Positions 9,985-21,711 are shown, numbered from the stretch's first letter. The stretch is DNA of 64,000 nucleotides from an uncultured Gammaproteobacteria bacterium (GCA_963748215.1 CAVVHS010000007.1:64001-128000), one strand, 5' to 3'. A program made the numbers and translations. Notes: a model not told the origin generated them from the sequence alone.

Positions 9985-10493
9985 CAGCCATGTCCTGTTT
10001 GCGAACCGTGTTACTGCTGCTGTCCCTGCTGGCGCTCCCCGCGCAGGCCGGCCAGCTGCTGACGCCCGTGCCCGGCAAGGTGCCGGCGCCCGATTTTACG
10101 CTCCAGGATACCGAGGGCCGGTCGCATCGCCTGTCGGATTATCGCGGCAAGACGGTGATCATCAATTTCTGGACGACCTGGTGCCCGCCCTGTCGAGAGG
10201 AAATCCCTTCAATGAACCGCGCCTGGCAATCCCTGAAGGACGATGGCGTAGTGATGCTGGCCATCAACATGGGCGAGGACGAGGACACGATCTTCGTGTT
10301 TACCGCGGACTACCCGGCGGATTTCCCCCTGTTGCTGGACCGCGGCGGCGAGGTGATCGCGCAGTGGCCCGTCAAGGGTCTGCCGACCACCTATGTCATT
10401 GCACCGGACGGCACCATCGCCTTTCGGGCCATTGGCGGGCGCGAGTGGGACGAGGCCGGTTTCATGGAACAGATCAGGAGCCTGGGGAAGTGA
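9981..10493 (+). CDS. TlpA/ResA-family thiol-disulfide oxidoreductase
   Basis: APDFTL, NFWTTWCPPCREE, GLPTTY. Confidence 0.92.
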   Translation: MTAMSCLRTVLLLLSLLALPAQAGQLLTPVPGKVPAPDFTLQDTEGRSHRLSDYRGKTVIINFWTTWCPPCREEIPSMNRAWQSLKDDGVVMLAINMGEDEDTIFVFTADYPADFPLLLDRGGEVIAQWPVKGLPTTYVIAPDGTIAFRAIGGREWDEAGFMEQIRSLGK

Positions 10494-10597
10494 GCAGCTG
10501 GGGCGGTTCGTTTCACTCACCGCATCGACTCGGAACCGCCGACCATCTGCGGGATCGCGCACATGGCAGTATTGCTTCCGGGTCAACGGCAGGCAAT

Positions 10598-11203
10598 TCA
10601 GCACCTGCCCGGTTGCCGCCAGCGGCGCGCAATCCAGTAATCGAGGCTGAACCAGCGGCCGGCGCCGGTGAAAAACAGGGCCAGCAGCATGATGAAATAG
10701 GTTGCGGCGAATTCGATGCCGTTTTTCAGAATGGTGATACTGCCTGCCGAGGTCAGCCACTCGTAGTTGCCGTGTTCGCGCAGGATTTCGCGGGCCCGTT
10801 CCTTGCGGATGGTCCCTTCATCGATCAGGTCGCTGCGCCATTCCCAGGGGACCTGCAGCTCGGTTTCCGGCAGTGCATGCCAGCCGTTGTCCCAGTGCGC
10901 GGTGGTGGCGGCGACGACCATGGTGAACATCATGGGCAGGGCGAACCAGCGCACGGCCAGCCCGGCGAGCAGGGCGATGCCGCCCAGTAACTCGGTCAGT
11001 GCGGCGACGTAGACCATGATCTCCGGGGCCGGTATGCCCAGCGAGGCGAAGTAAGGACCGAGGTGCTCGGCGTGCGCCAGCTTGTTGGATCCGGCCAGGA
11101 TGAAGATCGGCGCGAGGTAGATACGCAGCGCCACCGGGGCGAGAAAGTCGAGTCCGCGCGTGCGATCCAGCAGGTCCTGCAGGCAGTTCAGAATTCCGGT
11201 CAT
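10598..11203 (-). CDS. DoxX-family membrane protein of the MNIO cluster (HvfX-like)
   Basis: LRIYLAPIF, ELLGGIALL, NGIEFAATY, GAGRWFSLD; last gene of the DUF692 operon. Confidence 0.85.
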   Translation of the reverse strand: MTGILNCLQDLLDRTRGLDFLAPVALRIYLAPIFILAGSNKLAHAEHLGPYFASLGIPAPEIMVYVAALTELLGGIALLAGLAVRWFALPMMFTMVVAATTAHWDNGWHALPETELQVPWEWRSDLIDEGTIRKERAREILREHGNYEWLTSAGSITILKNGIEFAATYFIMLLALFFTGAGRWFSLDYWIARRWRQPGRC

Positions 11204-11244
11204 GGCTCACTCTCTTGTGTGCTGCTGCTGCCGGGATCTGGCGT

Positions 11245-12018
11245 TCAGCGGTCGACTGTTCTGGTGCCGGGAACGATGTCCTTGTTGCGCAGATTTTCGA
11301 GGATGTCGAGGCCGCCGTTGATCACGACCTCCGGCTGCGGGTGTGACATTTCGGCGGCAATCGCGGTCAGCAGCTCCCGGCCGGTTGCGCCGCTGTTTGC
11401 CTCGAGCCCTTCCAGCAGACGCTTGGTGACCGGGTTGATTTCCATGAAGCCCACCTCGTCGTCCCGGTCGCGGTAGACCACCAGCCAGGTCGGCTGCCTG
11501 CCGAAGGCATCGGGCAGGAATTCCGGGCCGATCTTGTGTACCGGGTATTCGTAGGCCAGGTGCCATACCAGCGGGGAGAGCACCGGTATCGCGTCGAGCA
11601 GGTCGCCCGCGGGATCGATGGCATCCGGGTCCATGCTGTCCTCGGCCACGGATACCGCCAGCTCGACCCATTCATAGTGGGCGAGTTCGTACAGGAAGGG
11701 ATAGTCATCTCCGCGCGGTTCGCGTTCCTCGCGCAGCCAGTTCAGGAATTCGCGCGGGATTTCCAGGAACAGCGGGCTGTGCGAACGATGGCTGGAAAAG
11801 AAGGCGCGCGCCATGGCGTGCCAGGCCGTGTCATCGTGAATCCTGCGCAGTACCGGGAAGGTGCCGCTCAGGAAACTTTCCACGTTGTTGTAGAACAGCT
11901 CGCGGTAGATCGCCATGCGCCGGTCCTCGACATCGGCCGGAGCCGGGCGGTGATCCGGGTCGCGGATATGCGCGGCGAATTCGTATTGCCGGCGGACGAA
12001 CTCAGGCTGGCCGGCCAT
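11245..12018 (-). CDS. DUF2063/HvfC-like MNIO partner protein
   Basis: [34 protein letters not shown]; overlaps the DUF692 gene. Confidence 0.88.
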   Translation of the reverse strand: MAGQPEFVRRQYEFAAHIRDPDHRPAPADVEDRRMAIYRELFYNNVESFLSGTFPVLRRIHDDTAWHAMARAFFSSHRSHSPLFLEIPREFLNWLREEREPRGDDYPFLYELAHYEWVELAVSVAEDSMDPDAIDPAGDLLDAIPVLSPLVWHLAYEYPVHKIGPEFLPDAFGRQPTWLVVYRDRDDEVGFMEINPVTKRLLEGLEANSGATGRELLTAIAAEMSHPQPEVVINGGLDILENLRNKDIVPGTRTVDR

Positions 12019-12869
12019 GCGCTGTCTCCCGTGCGGCACGGCCCATCCATTTTGCCTGCAGCTCGGCGATCTGGCCGACTTCGCCGAGCAGTTCCGGCAG
12101 GGGTGGAATGTTGAAATCGCGTTCCAGCAGGGTCGGCACCACGCCGAAGTGCGCGTAGGCCTTTTCCAGCAGCTCCCAGACCGGGTCGATGACCGGTGCG
12201 CCGTGGCTGTCCACTTTCAGGTCGTCGGCCTCGTCGAAGTGGCCGGCCACGTGAAAGTACACCACCCGTTCTGCAGGCAATGCCGTCAGGAACTGTTGCG
12301 CATCATAGCGGTGGTTGATGCTGTTGACGTAGATGTTGTTGACGTCCAGCAGCAGGTCGCAGTCGGCCTCGGCCAGTACCGCGTTGACGAAATCGATTTC
12401 CTCCATTTCCTTGCCGGGAGCCGCGTAGTAGGAGATGTTCTCCATGGCGATGCGCCGTTCCAGAATGTCCTGGACCCGGCGGATGCGGCCGGCAACATAG
12501 TGCACGGCTTCCTCCGTGAAAGGGATCGGCATCAGGTCATAGAGATGGCCGTCGTCGCTGCAATAGCTCAGGTGTTCCGTGTAAGCGCGGATGTCATGCT
12601 CATCAAGCAGGCGCTTGACGCGTTGCAGGAAGGTTTCGTCCAGCGGGGCAGGGCTGCCGATCGAGAGCGACAGGCCGTGTGCGACAAACGGGTAGCGTTC
12701 GGTGAAGTGACGGAACTGCCGCCCGAACTTGCCGCCGACGCCGATCCAGTTCTCCGGGGCGACCTCGAGGAAGTCGACATTGTCCGGCGGATTGTGCCTG
12801 CAGCGGACCCATCAGGGTCCGCCGCAGGCCAAGTCCGGAACCGCTGACAGGATAGCGTGAGTTATTCAC
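12002..12869 (-). CDS. DUF692 multinuclear non-heme iron oxidase (HvfB-like), frameshift near 12790
   Basis: GLGLRR start in one frame; [34 protein letters not shown] and LLERDFN in a second frame. Confidence 0.9.
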
Positions 12870-12899
12870 GTTTTGTCTGCCTGGGTTGCGGATTAAGCC

Positions 12900-13300
12900 T
12901 TACTCGGCCCCCTCGCCCTCATCGCCGCCGCCTTCAGCAGGCGTCATCATCTTCTCGCCGCCGCCTTCAGCAGGCGTCATCATCTTCTCGCCGCACTTGC
13001 CTTCGCCGCACTTGCCTTCACCGCACTTGCCTTCACTGGACTTCATCTTCTCGCCGCACTTGCCTTCACTGGCATGGACTTCATCTTCTCGCCACACTTG
13101 CCTTCACTGGACTTCATCTTCTCACCGCACTTGCCTTCCATGTCCTTGGTATGGCTTTCAGCGACCATGTAGCCACTGGAGAGGTCGGACATGGCAAACG
13201 GGTTGTCCGCGGCATTGGCAATGCCGGCACCTGCCAGGGATGTCACGAAGGCTGCACCCATGGCGACGGCCAGCGGTTTCAGAGTTGTTTTCTTGGACAT
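12900..13300 (-). CDS. EGKCG-repeat RiPP precursor (HvfA/oxazolin-like), frameshift near 13070
   Basis: Sec signal ending ANA, NPF motif, six EGKCG repeats across two frames, directly upstream of DUF692. Confidence 0.88.
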
Positions 13301-13532
13301 TGTATCTTTCTCCACAATTGATTAGACGGGTGGAACGGCTGTTCCGGTTGATTGCGGTCGTTTGCCACGACCCGGGTGTTGTCAAGGGCTGTGACCTTAC
13401 ACGATACGAAAAGTTTCTGATAATCGTTAGCACTACGGCAACTGCTGCTGCCGGGATGTATTAGTCACAGCTAAAGTATATGTCTGAATTATCACAAAAG
13501 TATCCATTCCAGGCACTTACCATGACCGGCTG

Positions 13533-14171
13533 TCATTTATCCGGCTCCTTTGCCTTGTATTCGCACAGGTCGAAGAGGGTGCAGGACTGGCAGCGCGGCT
13601 TGCGGGCGATGCAGGTGTAGCGGCCGAGCAGGATCAGCCAGTGGTGTGCGTCGTGCATGAATTCATCGGGTACCACCCGCAGCAGCCGCTCCTCGACCTC
13701 CCTGACGTTTTTGCCCGGTGCGATCCCGGTGCGGTTGGCGACACGGAAAATATGCGTGTCGACGGCGATGGTGGGATGTCCGAAGGCGACATTCAGCACC
13801 ACGTTGGCGGTCTTGCGGCCCACACCCGGCAATGCCTCCAGCGCGTCCCGGTCATCGGGCACCTTGCCGCCATGCTGATCCACCAGTATGGCGCAGGTCT
13901 TGATGATGTTGCCGGCCTTGGTATTGAACAGGCCGATGGTCTTGATGTAATCGCGCAGTCCCGCTTCGCCGAGCTTCAGCATGGCGGCCGGCGTTTTCAC
14001 CTTTTTGAACAGCGGGACGGTGGCCTTGTTGACACCGGTGTCGGTGGCCTGCGCCGACAGGATGACGGCGACCAGCAGCTGGAACGGGTTGCCGTACTTC
14101 AGCTCGGTGGCCGGATGGGGATTGGCGGCGCGCAGCCGCTCGAAGATGGTGCGACGTTTCTGCGCGTTCAA
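13533..14171 (-). CDS. nth: Endonuclease III
   Basis: LSAQATD, HhH motif LPGVGRKTA, AVDTH, C-terminal 4Fe-4S Cys cluster. Confidence 0.96.
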   Translation of the reverse strand: MNAQKRRTIFERLRAANPHPATELKYGNPFQLLVAVILSAQATDTGVNKATVPLFKKVKTPAAMLKLGEAGLRDYIKTIGLFNTKAGNIIKTCAILVDQHGGKVPDDRDALEALPGVGRKTANVVLNVAFGHPTIAVDTHIFRVANRTGIAPGKNVREVEERLLRVVPDEFMHDAHHWLILLGRYTCIARKPRCQSCTLFDLCEYKAKEPDK

Positions 14172-14860
14172 ACGGAGCCGGCCGCCTGCGGGGCCGGCAC
14201 GGCGACGCTGACGGCCTTGCGCGCACGCCGGGCATTGATGATGTTCATGCCGGCGATCAGCAGGCCGAGGCCCATGAACGCGCCGGGCGGCAGGATCGCC
14301 AGCAGGAAGCCGCGGTAGTCATCGATCACGGTGATGGTCCAGTCGCGCGCGACCTCGCCGAACATCAGGTGCGCCTGCGCCAGCAGCGTGCCCTGGCCGA
14401 ACAACTCGCGCATGCCGCCGAGTGCGACCAGCACCAGCGTGAAACCGATACCCATGGCCAGTCCGTCGAGCAGTGCGCGGTCGGCAGTGTTGCGCGAGGC
14501 GAACGACTCGGCGCGGCCGATGATGGAACAGTTGGTGACGATCAGCGGAATGAAGATACCGAGAATCTTGTACAGATCGTGCAGCCAGGCGTTCATGGCC
14601 AGTTCGATGACCGTCACAATGGAGGCGATCACCAGCACGAACACCGGGATGCGCACTTCCGGGCGCACCAGCTTGCGGATCAGCGACACGGTAAGATTCG
14701 AGCTCGCCAGGGTCAGGGTGGTGGCCAGGCCCAGGCCCAGGCCGTTGACCGCGCTGGTCGTGACCGCCAGCAGCGGGCACAGGCCGAGCAGCTGCACCAG
14801 CCCAGGGTTGTTCTGCCACAGTCCGTCCTGGATGATTTTTGCATAGCTCGGTTCGTTCAT
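14168..14860 (-). CDS. rsxE: Rnf/Rsx electron transport complex subunit E
   Basis: NNPGLVQLLGLCPLLAVT, IPLIVTNC, LPPGAF. Confidence 0.95.
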   Translation of the reverse strand: MNEPSYAKIIQDGLWQNNPGLVQLLGLCPLLAVTTSAVNGLGLGLATTLTLASSNLTVSLIRKLVRPEVRIPVFVLVIASIVTVIELAMNAWLHDLYKILGIFIPLIVTNCSIIGRAESFASRNTADRALLDGLAMGIGFTLVLVALGGMRELFGQGTLLAQAHLMFGEVARDWTITVIDDYRGFLLAILPPGAFMGLGLLIAGMNIINARRARKAVSVAVPAPQAAGSV

Positions 14861-15486
14861 GGCTGCTCCGGTGCTGCAGGTGTCGCAAACAGGGCATCGC
14901 GGTGTGCGCGATAGTATAGCAGGGCCGCATGCACCGCCTTGACCACGGCACGCGGCGAGATGGTGGCGCCGGTGAACTGGTCGAATACGCCACCGTCCTT
15001 CCTGACGGCCCATTGGCCGGGCGGCGGATCGTCCAGCGAGCGGCCGTCGAAGCCATGGATCCAGTCCGAGCGTTCCTCGTCGATGCCGTCACCCAGTCCG
15101 GGTGTTTCACGGTGTGTCACGACGCGCACGCCGGCCACGCTGCCGTCATGCCGGATACCCACCAGCAGGTAGATGGAGCCGCTGTAACCATCCGGCGCAA
15201 TGGCGTTCATCACCACGGCAACCGGCTGCCCCAGCCGGCGCGCGCGGTACACACGCAGTGGCCGGTCGGCAAGTTCCCCGGCGGGCAGCTCGATGCTGTC
15301 ATCCAGCAGGCTGTTGTCGTAGGCGTCCGGCGGAATCAGCTGGCTCAGCTTGCGCAGCAGCGTCTCGCGCTCGTTGGCGGCGATCCGTTCGCGGGTGCCT
15401 TCATAGGTTGCCGCCACCATGGCGGTGCCGATGACGGCGAACAGCAGCAGGATCGCGGCGGTGATGCCGATCTGGCGGACATTCAT
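14857..15486 (-). CDS. rsxG: Rnf/Rsx subunit G
   Basis: APDGYSG, HRETPGLGD, FMN-binding FTGATISP. Confidence 0.95.
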   Translation of the reverse strand: MNVRQIGITAAILLLFAVIGTAMVAATYEGTRERIAANERETLLRKLSQLIPPDAYDNSLLDDSIELPAGELADRPLRVYRARRLGQPVAVVMNAIAPDGYSGSIYLLVGIRHDGSVAGVRVVTHRETPGLGDGIDEERSDWIHGFDGRSLDDPPPGQWAVRKDGGVFDQFTGATISPRAVVKAVHAALLYYRAHRDALFATPAAPEQP

Positions 15487-16514
15487 CGCGGCGTCCCGTC
15501 CTGGTGGCCGAACACGCGCGGCCGCGTGTAGTGGTCGATGGTCGGTGCCGCCAGGTTCATCAGCAGCACGGCAAAGGCAATACCTTCCGGGTAGCCGCCC
15601 CAGGTGCGGATGATCCAGGTGATGACGCCGACGCCGAGCCCGAACCAGATGCGCCCCAGCGGCGTGGTGCAGGCCGATACCGGGTCGGTTGCGATGAAGA
15701 AGGCACCGAGCATGGCCGCGCCGCTGAACAGGTGAAACAGCGGGGTGGCATAGAGTTCCGGGTTGACGAGGTGGAAGATGCCCGCCATGCCCGCCAGCCC
15801 GGCCAGCATGGCCGCGGGGATCTGCCACTGGATGACTTTCGTCTGCAGCAGCCAGAGACCCCCGGCGAGATAGGCGAGATTGACCCACTCCCAGCCGAAG
15901 CCGGCGATGATGCCGAACAGCGGTTCCTTGCCCAGGTCGGTCAGCGTGGCGCCCAGGCCGAGCTGCATGCGCACGGTGTCCATGGGTGTCGCCATGGTGA
16001 TGGCGTCGATGGCGACACCGGCCGGTGGCGCGCCGGTGAAGATCATCGCCAGGGTCGTGGCCAGGTCCGGCGCATTGCCGGGCGCCGGCCACAGGGTCAG
16101 TTCCAGCGGGAACGACACCAGCAGCACGACGTAGCCGGCCATGGCCGGGTTGAACGGGTTGTAGCCCAGGCCGCCATAGAGCTGCTTGGCGACCACGATG
16201 GCAAACACGGTGCCGACCACCGCGATCCACCACGGCGCCAGCGGCGCCAGCGCCAGTGCCAGCAAGGCCCCGGTCAGCAGGGCGCTGCCATCCTGCAGCG
16301 TGGCGGTGACCGGCCGGCCGCGCAATATGAGCATGAAGGCTTCGGCGGCGAGTGCCGTGGCGCCGGCGATGAGCAGGTTGATCACCACGCCCCAGCCAAA
16401 CAGCCAGGTCATGCAGGCGGCGCCCGGCAGCAGCGCCAGCAGCACGCGCCGCATGACGACGTTGACGCTGCTTTCCACCGGCAGGTGCGGCGAGCTCCAG
16501 GTCTTGAATTCCAT
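15483..16514 (-). CDS. rsxD: Rnf/Rsx subunit D
   Basis: SSPH, KQLYGGLGYNPFNPA, TMATP, FFIATDP. Confidence 0.95.
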   Translation of the reverse strand: MEFKTWSSPHLPVESSVNVVMRRVLLALLPGAACMTWLFGWGVVINLLIAGATALAAEAFMLILRGRPVTATLQDGSALLTGALLALALAPLAPWWIAVVGTVFAIVVAKQLYGGLGYNPFNPAMAGYVVLLVSFPLELTLWPAPGNAPDLATTLAMIFTGAPPAGVAIDAITMATPMDTVRMQLGLGATLTDLGKEPLFGIIAGFGWEWVNLAYLAGGLWLLQTKVIQWQIPAAMLAGLAGMAGIFHLVNPELYATPLFHLFSGAAMLGAFFIATDPVSACTTPLGRIWFGLGVGVITWIIRTWGGYPEGIAFAVLLMNLAAPTIDHYTRPRVFGHQDGTPR

Positions 16515-18193
16515 CAGTCCGTATCCTGTGACTTTGCGGCCCGCTCGCGGCGCCGTTGTTCGACGGCCTCGATCTGGCGCTGCTGTTCGGGGGTCAGGTT
16601 GTCGGTATTGCGCGGCGCGGCGGCAGCCTCTTCCTTTTTCTGCCTGACGCGCTCCAGCGCGGCCTGGATCGCCGCCTGGCGCGCCGCGTCGCCGGCGCTC
16701 TTGCCGGTCACTGCCTGCTTCCTGCGCGCGAGCCGTTCCTCGCGCTCGTGCCTGATGCGTTCCAGCCGCTCCAGACGCGCCTCGTGACGCAGGCGCGCGA
16801 TGTCTGCCTTCTGCTTCTGCTTTTCCTGTTCCCAGATCGCGGTCTTGGCGTGGCGATAGTACTGCACCAGCGGGATATGGCTGGGGCAGACATGCGCGCA
16901 GCAGCCGCACTCGATGCAGTCGAACAGGCCATAGTCCTGCGCCGCATCGTGATTGCCGCTGCGTGCGAACCAGTACAGCTCCTGCGGCAGCAGGTTGGCC
17001 GGGCAGACCTCGGTGCACCGGCCGCAGCGGATGCAGGGCACTGCCGGCGGTGGTGCCGGCATGCTGCGCGCGGTGACTGCGAGAATGCAGTTGGTGGTCT
17101 TGATGACCGGCACGGCGTCGGTGCTGACGGCATAGCCCATCATCGGTCCGCCGATCAGCAGGCGCTCGATATGATCGGTATAGCCGCCGGCGGCCGCGAT
17201 GAGATGGCTGACCGGCGTGCCGATCAGCGCCTCCATGTTGCAGGCCTGTTGCACGCCGTCGCCGGTGACGGTGACGATGCGCGACAGCAGCGGCTGTGCC
17301 TTTATCACGGCGTCGTGCACGGCCGCGGCGGTGCCGACGTTCTGCACGATGATGCCGATGTCCGCCGGGAAACCCTGGCTGGGCACCTCGCGGCCGGTCA
17401 GCACCTTGATGAGCTGGCGCTCGCCGCCGGTCGGGTAGATGGTCGGCACGTTGACCACGCGGATGCCGGTTCCGTTACGCCCGTCCAGCGCGGCGCGCAG
17501 CGCCTGTTCCGCCTCCGGCATATTGTCTTCCACGGCGATCACGCAGGCGGCCGGCTGCACGATGTGCTGCAGGATGCGCGCGCCCTCGATCACCTCGTGT
17601 GCGCGTTCGCGTTGCAGGCCGTCATCGCAGGCGATGCAGGGTTCGCACTCGACGCCGTTGATCACCAGCAGCTCGATGGCGTCACGCCGTGCCAGCTTGG
17701 CATCGGTCGGGAAACCCGCGCCGCCGAGGCCGACGATGCCGGCGGCACGGATGCGCTCCAGCAGGGTGTCGATCTCGGTGTGCAGATAATCCAGCGCGGG
17801 CGGCAGGTCGGGCGCGGGCGTGTCCCTGCCGTCGGTCGCGATGACGATGCAGGGCGCCGGCAGACCGGACGGGTGCGGCACCGGGCGCGGTTCGATGGCC
17901 AGCACAGTGCCGGAGGTGGAGGCGTGCACGGGGGCGCTGATGCTGCCGACGGCCCGGGCAATGAGCTGGCCCCTGTAGACGGTGTCGCCGGGGCTGACCA
18001 GGCACTCGGCCGGTTCGCCGATATGCTGCGCCAGCGGCAGGATCAGCTGGTCAGGTATGCCCGCCGGCTGGATCGGCCGGCTGGACGCGGTCTCGCGGCA
18101 GCCCGCCAGTTTCAGGCCGCCGTGAAAGCGGTAGCGCCGCGTGAAGTCCGGGTCGATCGCCGGCGGCAGCGGCTTGCGCGATGCTTCAGCCAT
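16514..18193 (-). CDS. rsxC: Rnf/Rsx subunit C
   Basis: [25 protein letters not shown], two CxxCxxCxxxCP clusters. Confidence 0.95.
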   Translation of the reverse strand: MAEASRKPLPPAIDPDFTRRYRFHGGLKLAGCRETASSRPIQPAGIPDQLILPLAQHIGEPAECLVSPGDTVYRGQLIARAVGSISAPVHASTSGTVLAIEPRPVPHPSGLPAPCIVIATDGRDTPAPDLPPALDYLHTEIDTLLERIRAAGIVGLGGAGFPTDAKLARRDAIELLVINGVECEPCIACDDGLQRERAHEVIEGARILQHIVQPAACVIAVEDNMPEAEQALRAALDGRNGTGIRVVNVPTIYPTGGERQLIKVLTGREVPSQGFPADIGIIVQNVGTAAAVHDAVIKAQPLLSRIVTVTGDGVQQACNMEALIGTPVSHLIAAAGGYTDHIERLLIGGPMMGYAVSTDAVPVIKTTNCILAVTARSMPAPPPAVPCIRCGRCTEVCPANLLPQELYWFARSGNHDAAQDYGLFDCIECGCCAHVCPSHIPLVQYYRHAKTAIWEQEKQKQKADIARLRHEARLERLERIRHEREERLARRKQAVTGKSAGDAARQAAIQAALERVRQKKEEAAAAPRNTDNLTPEQQRQIEAVEQRRRERAAKSQDTD

Positions 18194-18746
18194 GCTCTGC
18201 GACCTCCGTGCCCGGTTCGACCGGCAGCGGCCAGGACCAGTTACGCAGGGTTTTCGCGACCGGCACGATGTGGATGCACTCGACCGGGCAGGGCGGGATG
18301 CACAGGTTGCAGCCGGTGCATTCGCTCTCGATGACGGTGTGCATCTGCTTCGGCGCACCGAGGATGGCGTCGACCGGGCAGGCCTGGATGCACAGCGTGC
18401 AGCCGATGCACACCTGCTCGTCGATCACGACGACGGTCTTGTCCTTGTGCTCGCCGTGTTCCGGGTTGAGCGGCTTGGGGTCCACGCCGAGCAGGTCGGC
18501 CAGCGCCTGGATGGTCACCTCGCCGCCGGGCGGGCACTGGTTGATGTCCGCCTCGCCGGCGGCGATGGCCTCGGCGTAGGGCCGGCAGCCGGCGTAGGTG
18601 CACTGGCCGCACTGCGTCTGCGGCAGCAGCGCGTCGATCTGGTCGACGATCGGATCGCTGTCGACGCGGAAGCGGATCGCCGAATAACCGAGCACCAGTC
18701 CGATCACGATGGCGAGTACGCCCAGTGCTATGAGTGCGCTCAGCAT
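18186..18746 (-). CDS. rsxB: Rnf/Rsx subunit B
   Basis: [14 protein letters not shown], two ferredoxin motifs. Confidence 0.95.
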   Translation of the reverse strand: MLSALIALGVLAIVIGLVLGYSAIRFRVDSDPIVDQIDALLPQTQCGQCTYAGCRPYAEAIAAGEADINQCPPGGEVTIQALADLLGVDPKPLNPEHGEHKDKTVVVIDEQVCIGCTLCIQACPVDAILGAPKQMHTVIESECTGCNLCIPPCPVECIHIVPVAKTLRNWSWPLPVEPGTEVAEHG

Positions 18747-18767
18747 GTCGAGAGTGGGTTTACTTCC

Positions 18768-19349
18768 TCAACCCTTGATCAGTCCGGAAAAGCCCATGAA
18801 CGCCAGTGACATCAGGCCGGCCGTGACCAGGGCGATGGCCGAGCCGCGGAACGGCACCGGCACGTCGGCGGCCGCGACGCGTTCGCGGATGGCCGAAAAC
18901 AGGATCAGCACCAGCGAAAAGCCGACCGCTGCACCGAAGCCGTACACGGCGGACTCGATGAAGTTGAACTGCTGCTGCACATTCAGCAGCGCCACGCCCA
19001 GCACCGCGCAGTTGGTGGTGATCAGCGGCAGGAAGATGCCCAGCACCTTGTAGAGCAGCGGGCTGGTCTTGTGCACCACCATCTCGGTGAACTGCACCAC
19101 GGCGGCGATCACCAGGATGAAGGTGATGGTGCGCAGGTATTCCAGGCCCAGCGGCGCGAGCAGGTATTCGTTGGCGAGGTAGCTGCAGATCGAGGACAGC
19201 GTCAGCACGAAGGTGGTGGCCAGCGCCATGCCGGTCGCGGTGTCGACGTTGCGCGACACGCCCATGAACGGGCACAGGCCGAGGAACTTCACCAGCACGA
19301 AGTTGTTGACCAGCACCGTGCTGACAAGGATGAGGGCGAGTTCGGTCAT
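18768..19349 (-). CDS. rsxA: Rnf/Rsx subunit A
   Basis: [30 protein letters not shown]. Confidence 0.96.
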   Translation of the reverse strand: MTELALILVSTVLVNNFVLVKFLGLCPFMGVSRNVDTATGMALATTFVLTLSSICSYLANEYLLAPLGLEYLRTITFILVIAAVVQFTEMVVHKTSPLLYKVLGIFLPLITTNCAVLGVALLNVQQQFNFIESAVYGFGAAVGFSLVLILFSAIRERVAAADVPVPFRGSAIALVTAGLMSLAFMGFSGLIKG

Positions 19350-19374
19350 ATATTTCAGTTCATGGCAAACCTGT

Positions 19375-19440
19375 TAGGAGCGGACCTCGTCCGCGATCAT
19401 TTCAAACCCGGCGCAATTCGCGCTTGAGAAGCGCTCCTAC
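19375..19440. repeat. GTAGGAGCG-type REP doublet
   Basis: TAGGAGCGGACCTCGTCCGCGA ... TCGCGCTTGAGAAGCGCTCCTAC; related copies near 23826, 29309 and 36260. Confidence 0.7.
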
Positions 19441-19478
19441 ACCGATTTTATAGACCCTTTAAAAATGGCTTACGATAC

Positions 19479-21522
19479 CTATTTCACCCGCATACCCGGC
19501 TGGGCGCCGCTGTCCGGGTGCAGGATATACAGTTCCTTGCCACCCGGGCCGGCGGCCAGCACCATGCCCTCGGAGACACCGAAGCGCATCTTGCGCGGCG
19601 CCAGGTTGGCGACCATCACGGTGAGCCGGCCTTCCAGTTCCTCGGGGCGGTAGGCGGACTTGATGCCCGCGAATACGTTGCGTTGTTTCGCCGCCCAGAT
19701 CGAGTGTCAGCTGCAGCAGCTTGTCGGCGCCCTCGACCGGCGCGGCCTTCGCGATACGCACGACGCGCAGGTCGAGCTTCGCGAAGTCGTCGAACTGGAT
19801 GGTGTCCGCGATCGGGTCTGTTGCCAGCGGTCCGCTGCGCCGCGGGTGCGGCGGTGTTGGCGAGGTGTTCCTTCGAGTCTTCCAGCATGGCGTCGATCTT
19901 CTCCTGTTCCACGCGCGTCAGCAACGGCGTGAAGGGCTTGATGGTGTGATCGGTGAGCGGCGCCTCGACGCTGTCCCAGCGCAGGGCCGGGATGTCGAGG
20001 AACGCCTCCACGCGCTGCGCCATGACCGGCAGGATCGGCTGCAGCCAGGTGATCAGCACGCGGAACAGGTTGAGCCCGGTGCTGCACACGTCCTGCACGG
20101 CCTGTTCCTGGCCGGCCTGTTTGGCCAGGACCCAGGGCTTGTGGGCGTCGATGTACTGGTTGGCCCTGTCGGCCAGCGCCATGATGTCGCGCACCGCCTG
20201 GCTGAATTCGCGCTGCTCGTAATGCGTCGGCGATGGCCGCGCCTTCGGCGACGAACTCCGCGTACAGTGCCGGCTCGCTGCACTGTCCGGACAGCCGCCC
20301 GTCGAAACGCTTGTTGATGAAGCCGGCGCAGCGGCTGGCGATGTTGACCACCTTGCCGACCAGGTCGCTGTTGACGCGCGCGATGAAGTCCTCGAGGTTG
20401 AGGTCGATGTCGTCGACGCCGCTGCCCAGCTTGGCGGCGAAGTAGTAGCGCAGGTATTCCGGGTTCAGGTGGTCGAGGTAGGTGCGCGCCTTGATGAAGG
20501 TGCCGCGCGACTTGGACATCTTCTGGCCGTCGACGGTCAGGAAGCCGTGCGCGAAGACCGCCGTCGGCGTGCGGAAGCCGGCGCCGCGCAGCATGGCCGG
20601 CCAGAACAGGGTGTGGAAGTAGATGATGTCCTTGCCGATGAAGTGATACAGCTCGGTGGTCGCTGTCCGGGTTCCAGTAGTCGTCGAAGTCGAGCCCGCG
20701 CTGTTCGCACAGGTTCTTGAAGCTCGCCATGTAGCCGATCGGCGCATCCAGCCAGACGTAGAAGTACTTGCCCGGCGCATCCGGGATCTCGAAGCCGAAG
20801 TAGGGCGCATCGCGCGAGATGTCCCAGTCGCTGCAGGCCGGCCTCGAACCACTCGTTCAGCTTGTTGGCGACCTCGGCCTGCAGGTGGCCGGCGCGCGGT
20901 CCAGTCGCTGCAGCATGTCCGCGAAGTCGGCCAGCTTGAAGAAGTAGTGCTCGGACTCCTTTTCGCACCGGCGTGGCGCCGGACTCAGCACCGAGACGCG
21001 GGTTCTTCAGCTCGGCCGGCATCGTAGGTGGCGCCGCAGACCTCGCAGTTGTCGCCGTACTGGTCGGGGGCGCCGCAGCGCGGGCAGTCGCCCTTGATGA
21101 AGCGGTCCGGCAGGAACATCTGCTGTTCCGGGTCGAAGACCTGGCTGATGGTGCGCTGGCTGATGTGGCCGGCGTCGCGCAGTTGCCGGTAGATGTCTCC
21201 GGCCAGGCTGCGGTTTTCGTCCGAGTGCGTGCTGTGGTAGTTGTCGAAGCCGACCTCGAAGCCGGCGAAGTCGGCCTGGTGCTCCCCGGCCATGCGCGCG
21301 ATCAGCGCCTCCGGCGTGATGCCCTCCTGCCGGGCGCGCAGCATGATCGGCGTGCCGTGGGCATCGTCGGCGCAGACGTAGATAGCAGTCGTGGCCGCGC
21401 AGCTTCTGGAAGCGCACCCAGATATCGGTCTGGATGTATTCCACCAGGTGCCCGATGTGGATCGGGCCGTTGGCGTAGGGCAGGGCGCTGGTGACCAGCA
21501 GGGTGCGGATTTCCTGACTCAT
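19479..21522 (-). CDS. metG: Methionyl-tRNA synthetase with multiple frameshifts
   Basis: [25 protein letters not shown] and a C-terminal tRNA-binding domain ending PGMRVK, spread over several frames. Confidence 0.93.
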
Positions 21523-21711
21523 GCTCGGGTATCAGTCGGCTTGCATAAAATCGTTGCGAATGGACGGGTTAGTATGCCATAGACCCGCCGCTGCCGTGGT
21601 ATCCCGTATGGGTAGCCCCGGGGACGCCCCCGGCCAGTTGGTGTACAATGCCCGGTCAATTTTCACCTGCACGAATGCGGCGGGTGACCTGACTGACCCG
21701 GGAGTAAAAAA

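Noticed and set aside
13066-13078. Phase variation in the EGKCG precursor
   Set aside because: The extra TGCCA looks like a consensus blend of two repeat variants in an assembly with many indels; it cannot be supported without reads.
13340-13420. ECF or sigma70 promoter for the MNIO operon
   Set aside because: TTGACA and GTCACA are present on the minus strand, but I found no properly spaced -10 element.
19479-21522. metG (also proS, lepA) as true pseudogenes or programmed frameshifts
   Set aside because: Motifs are intact, indels are scattered without slippery-site context, and the genes are essential or highly conserved; sequencing error is simpler.
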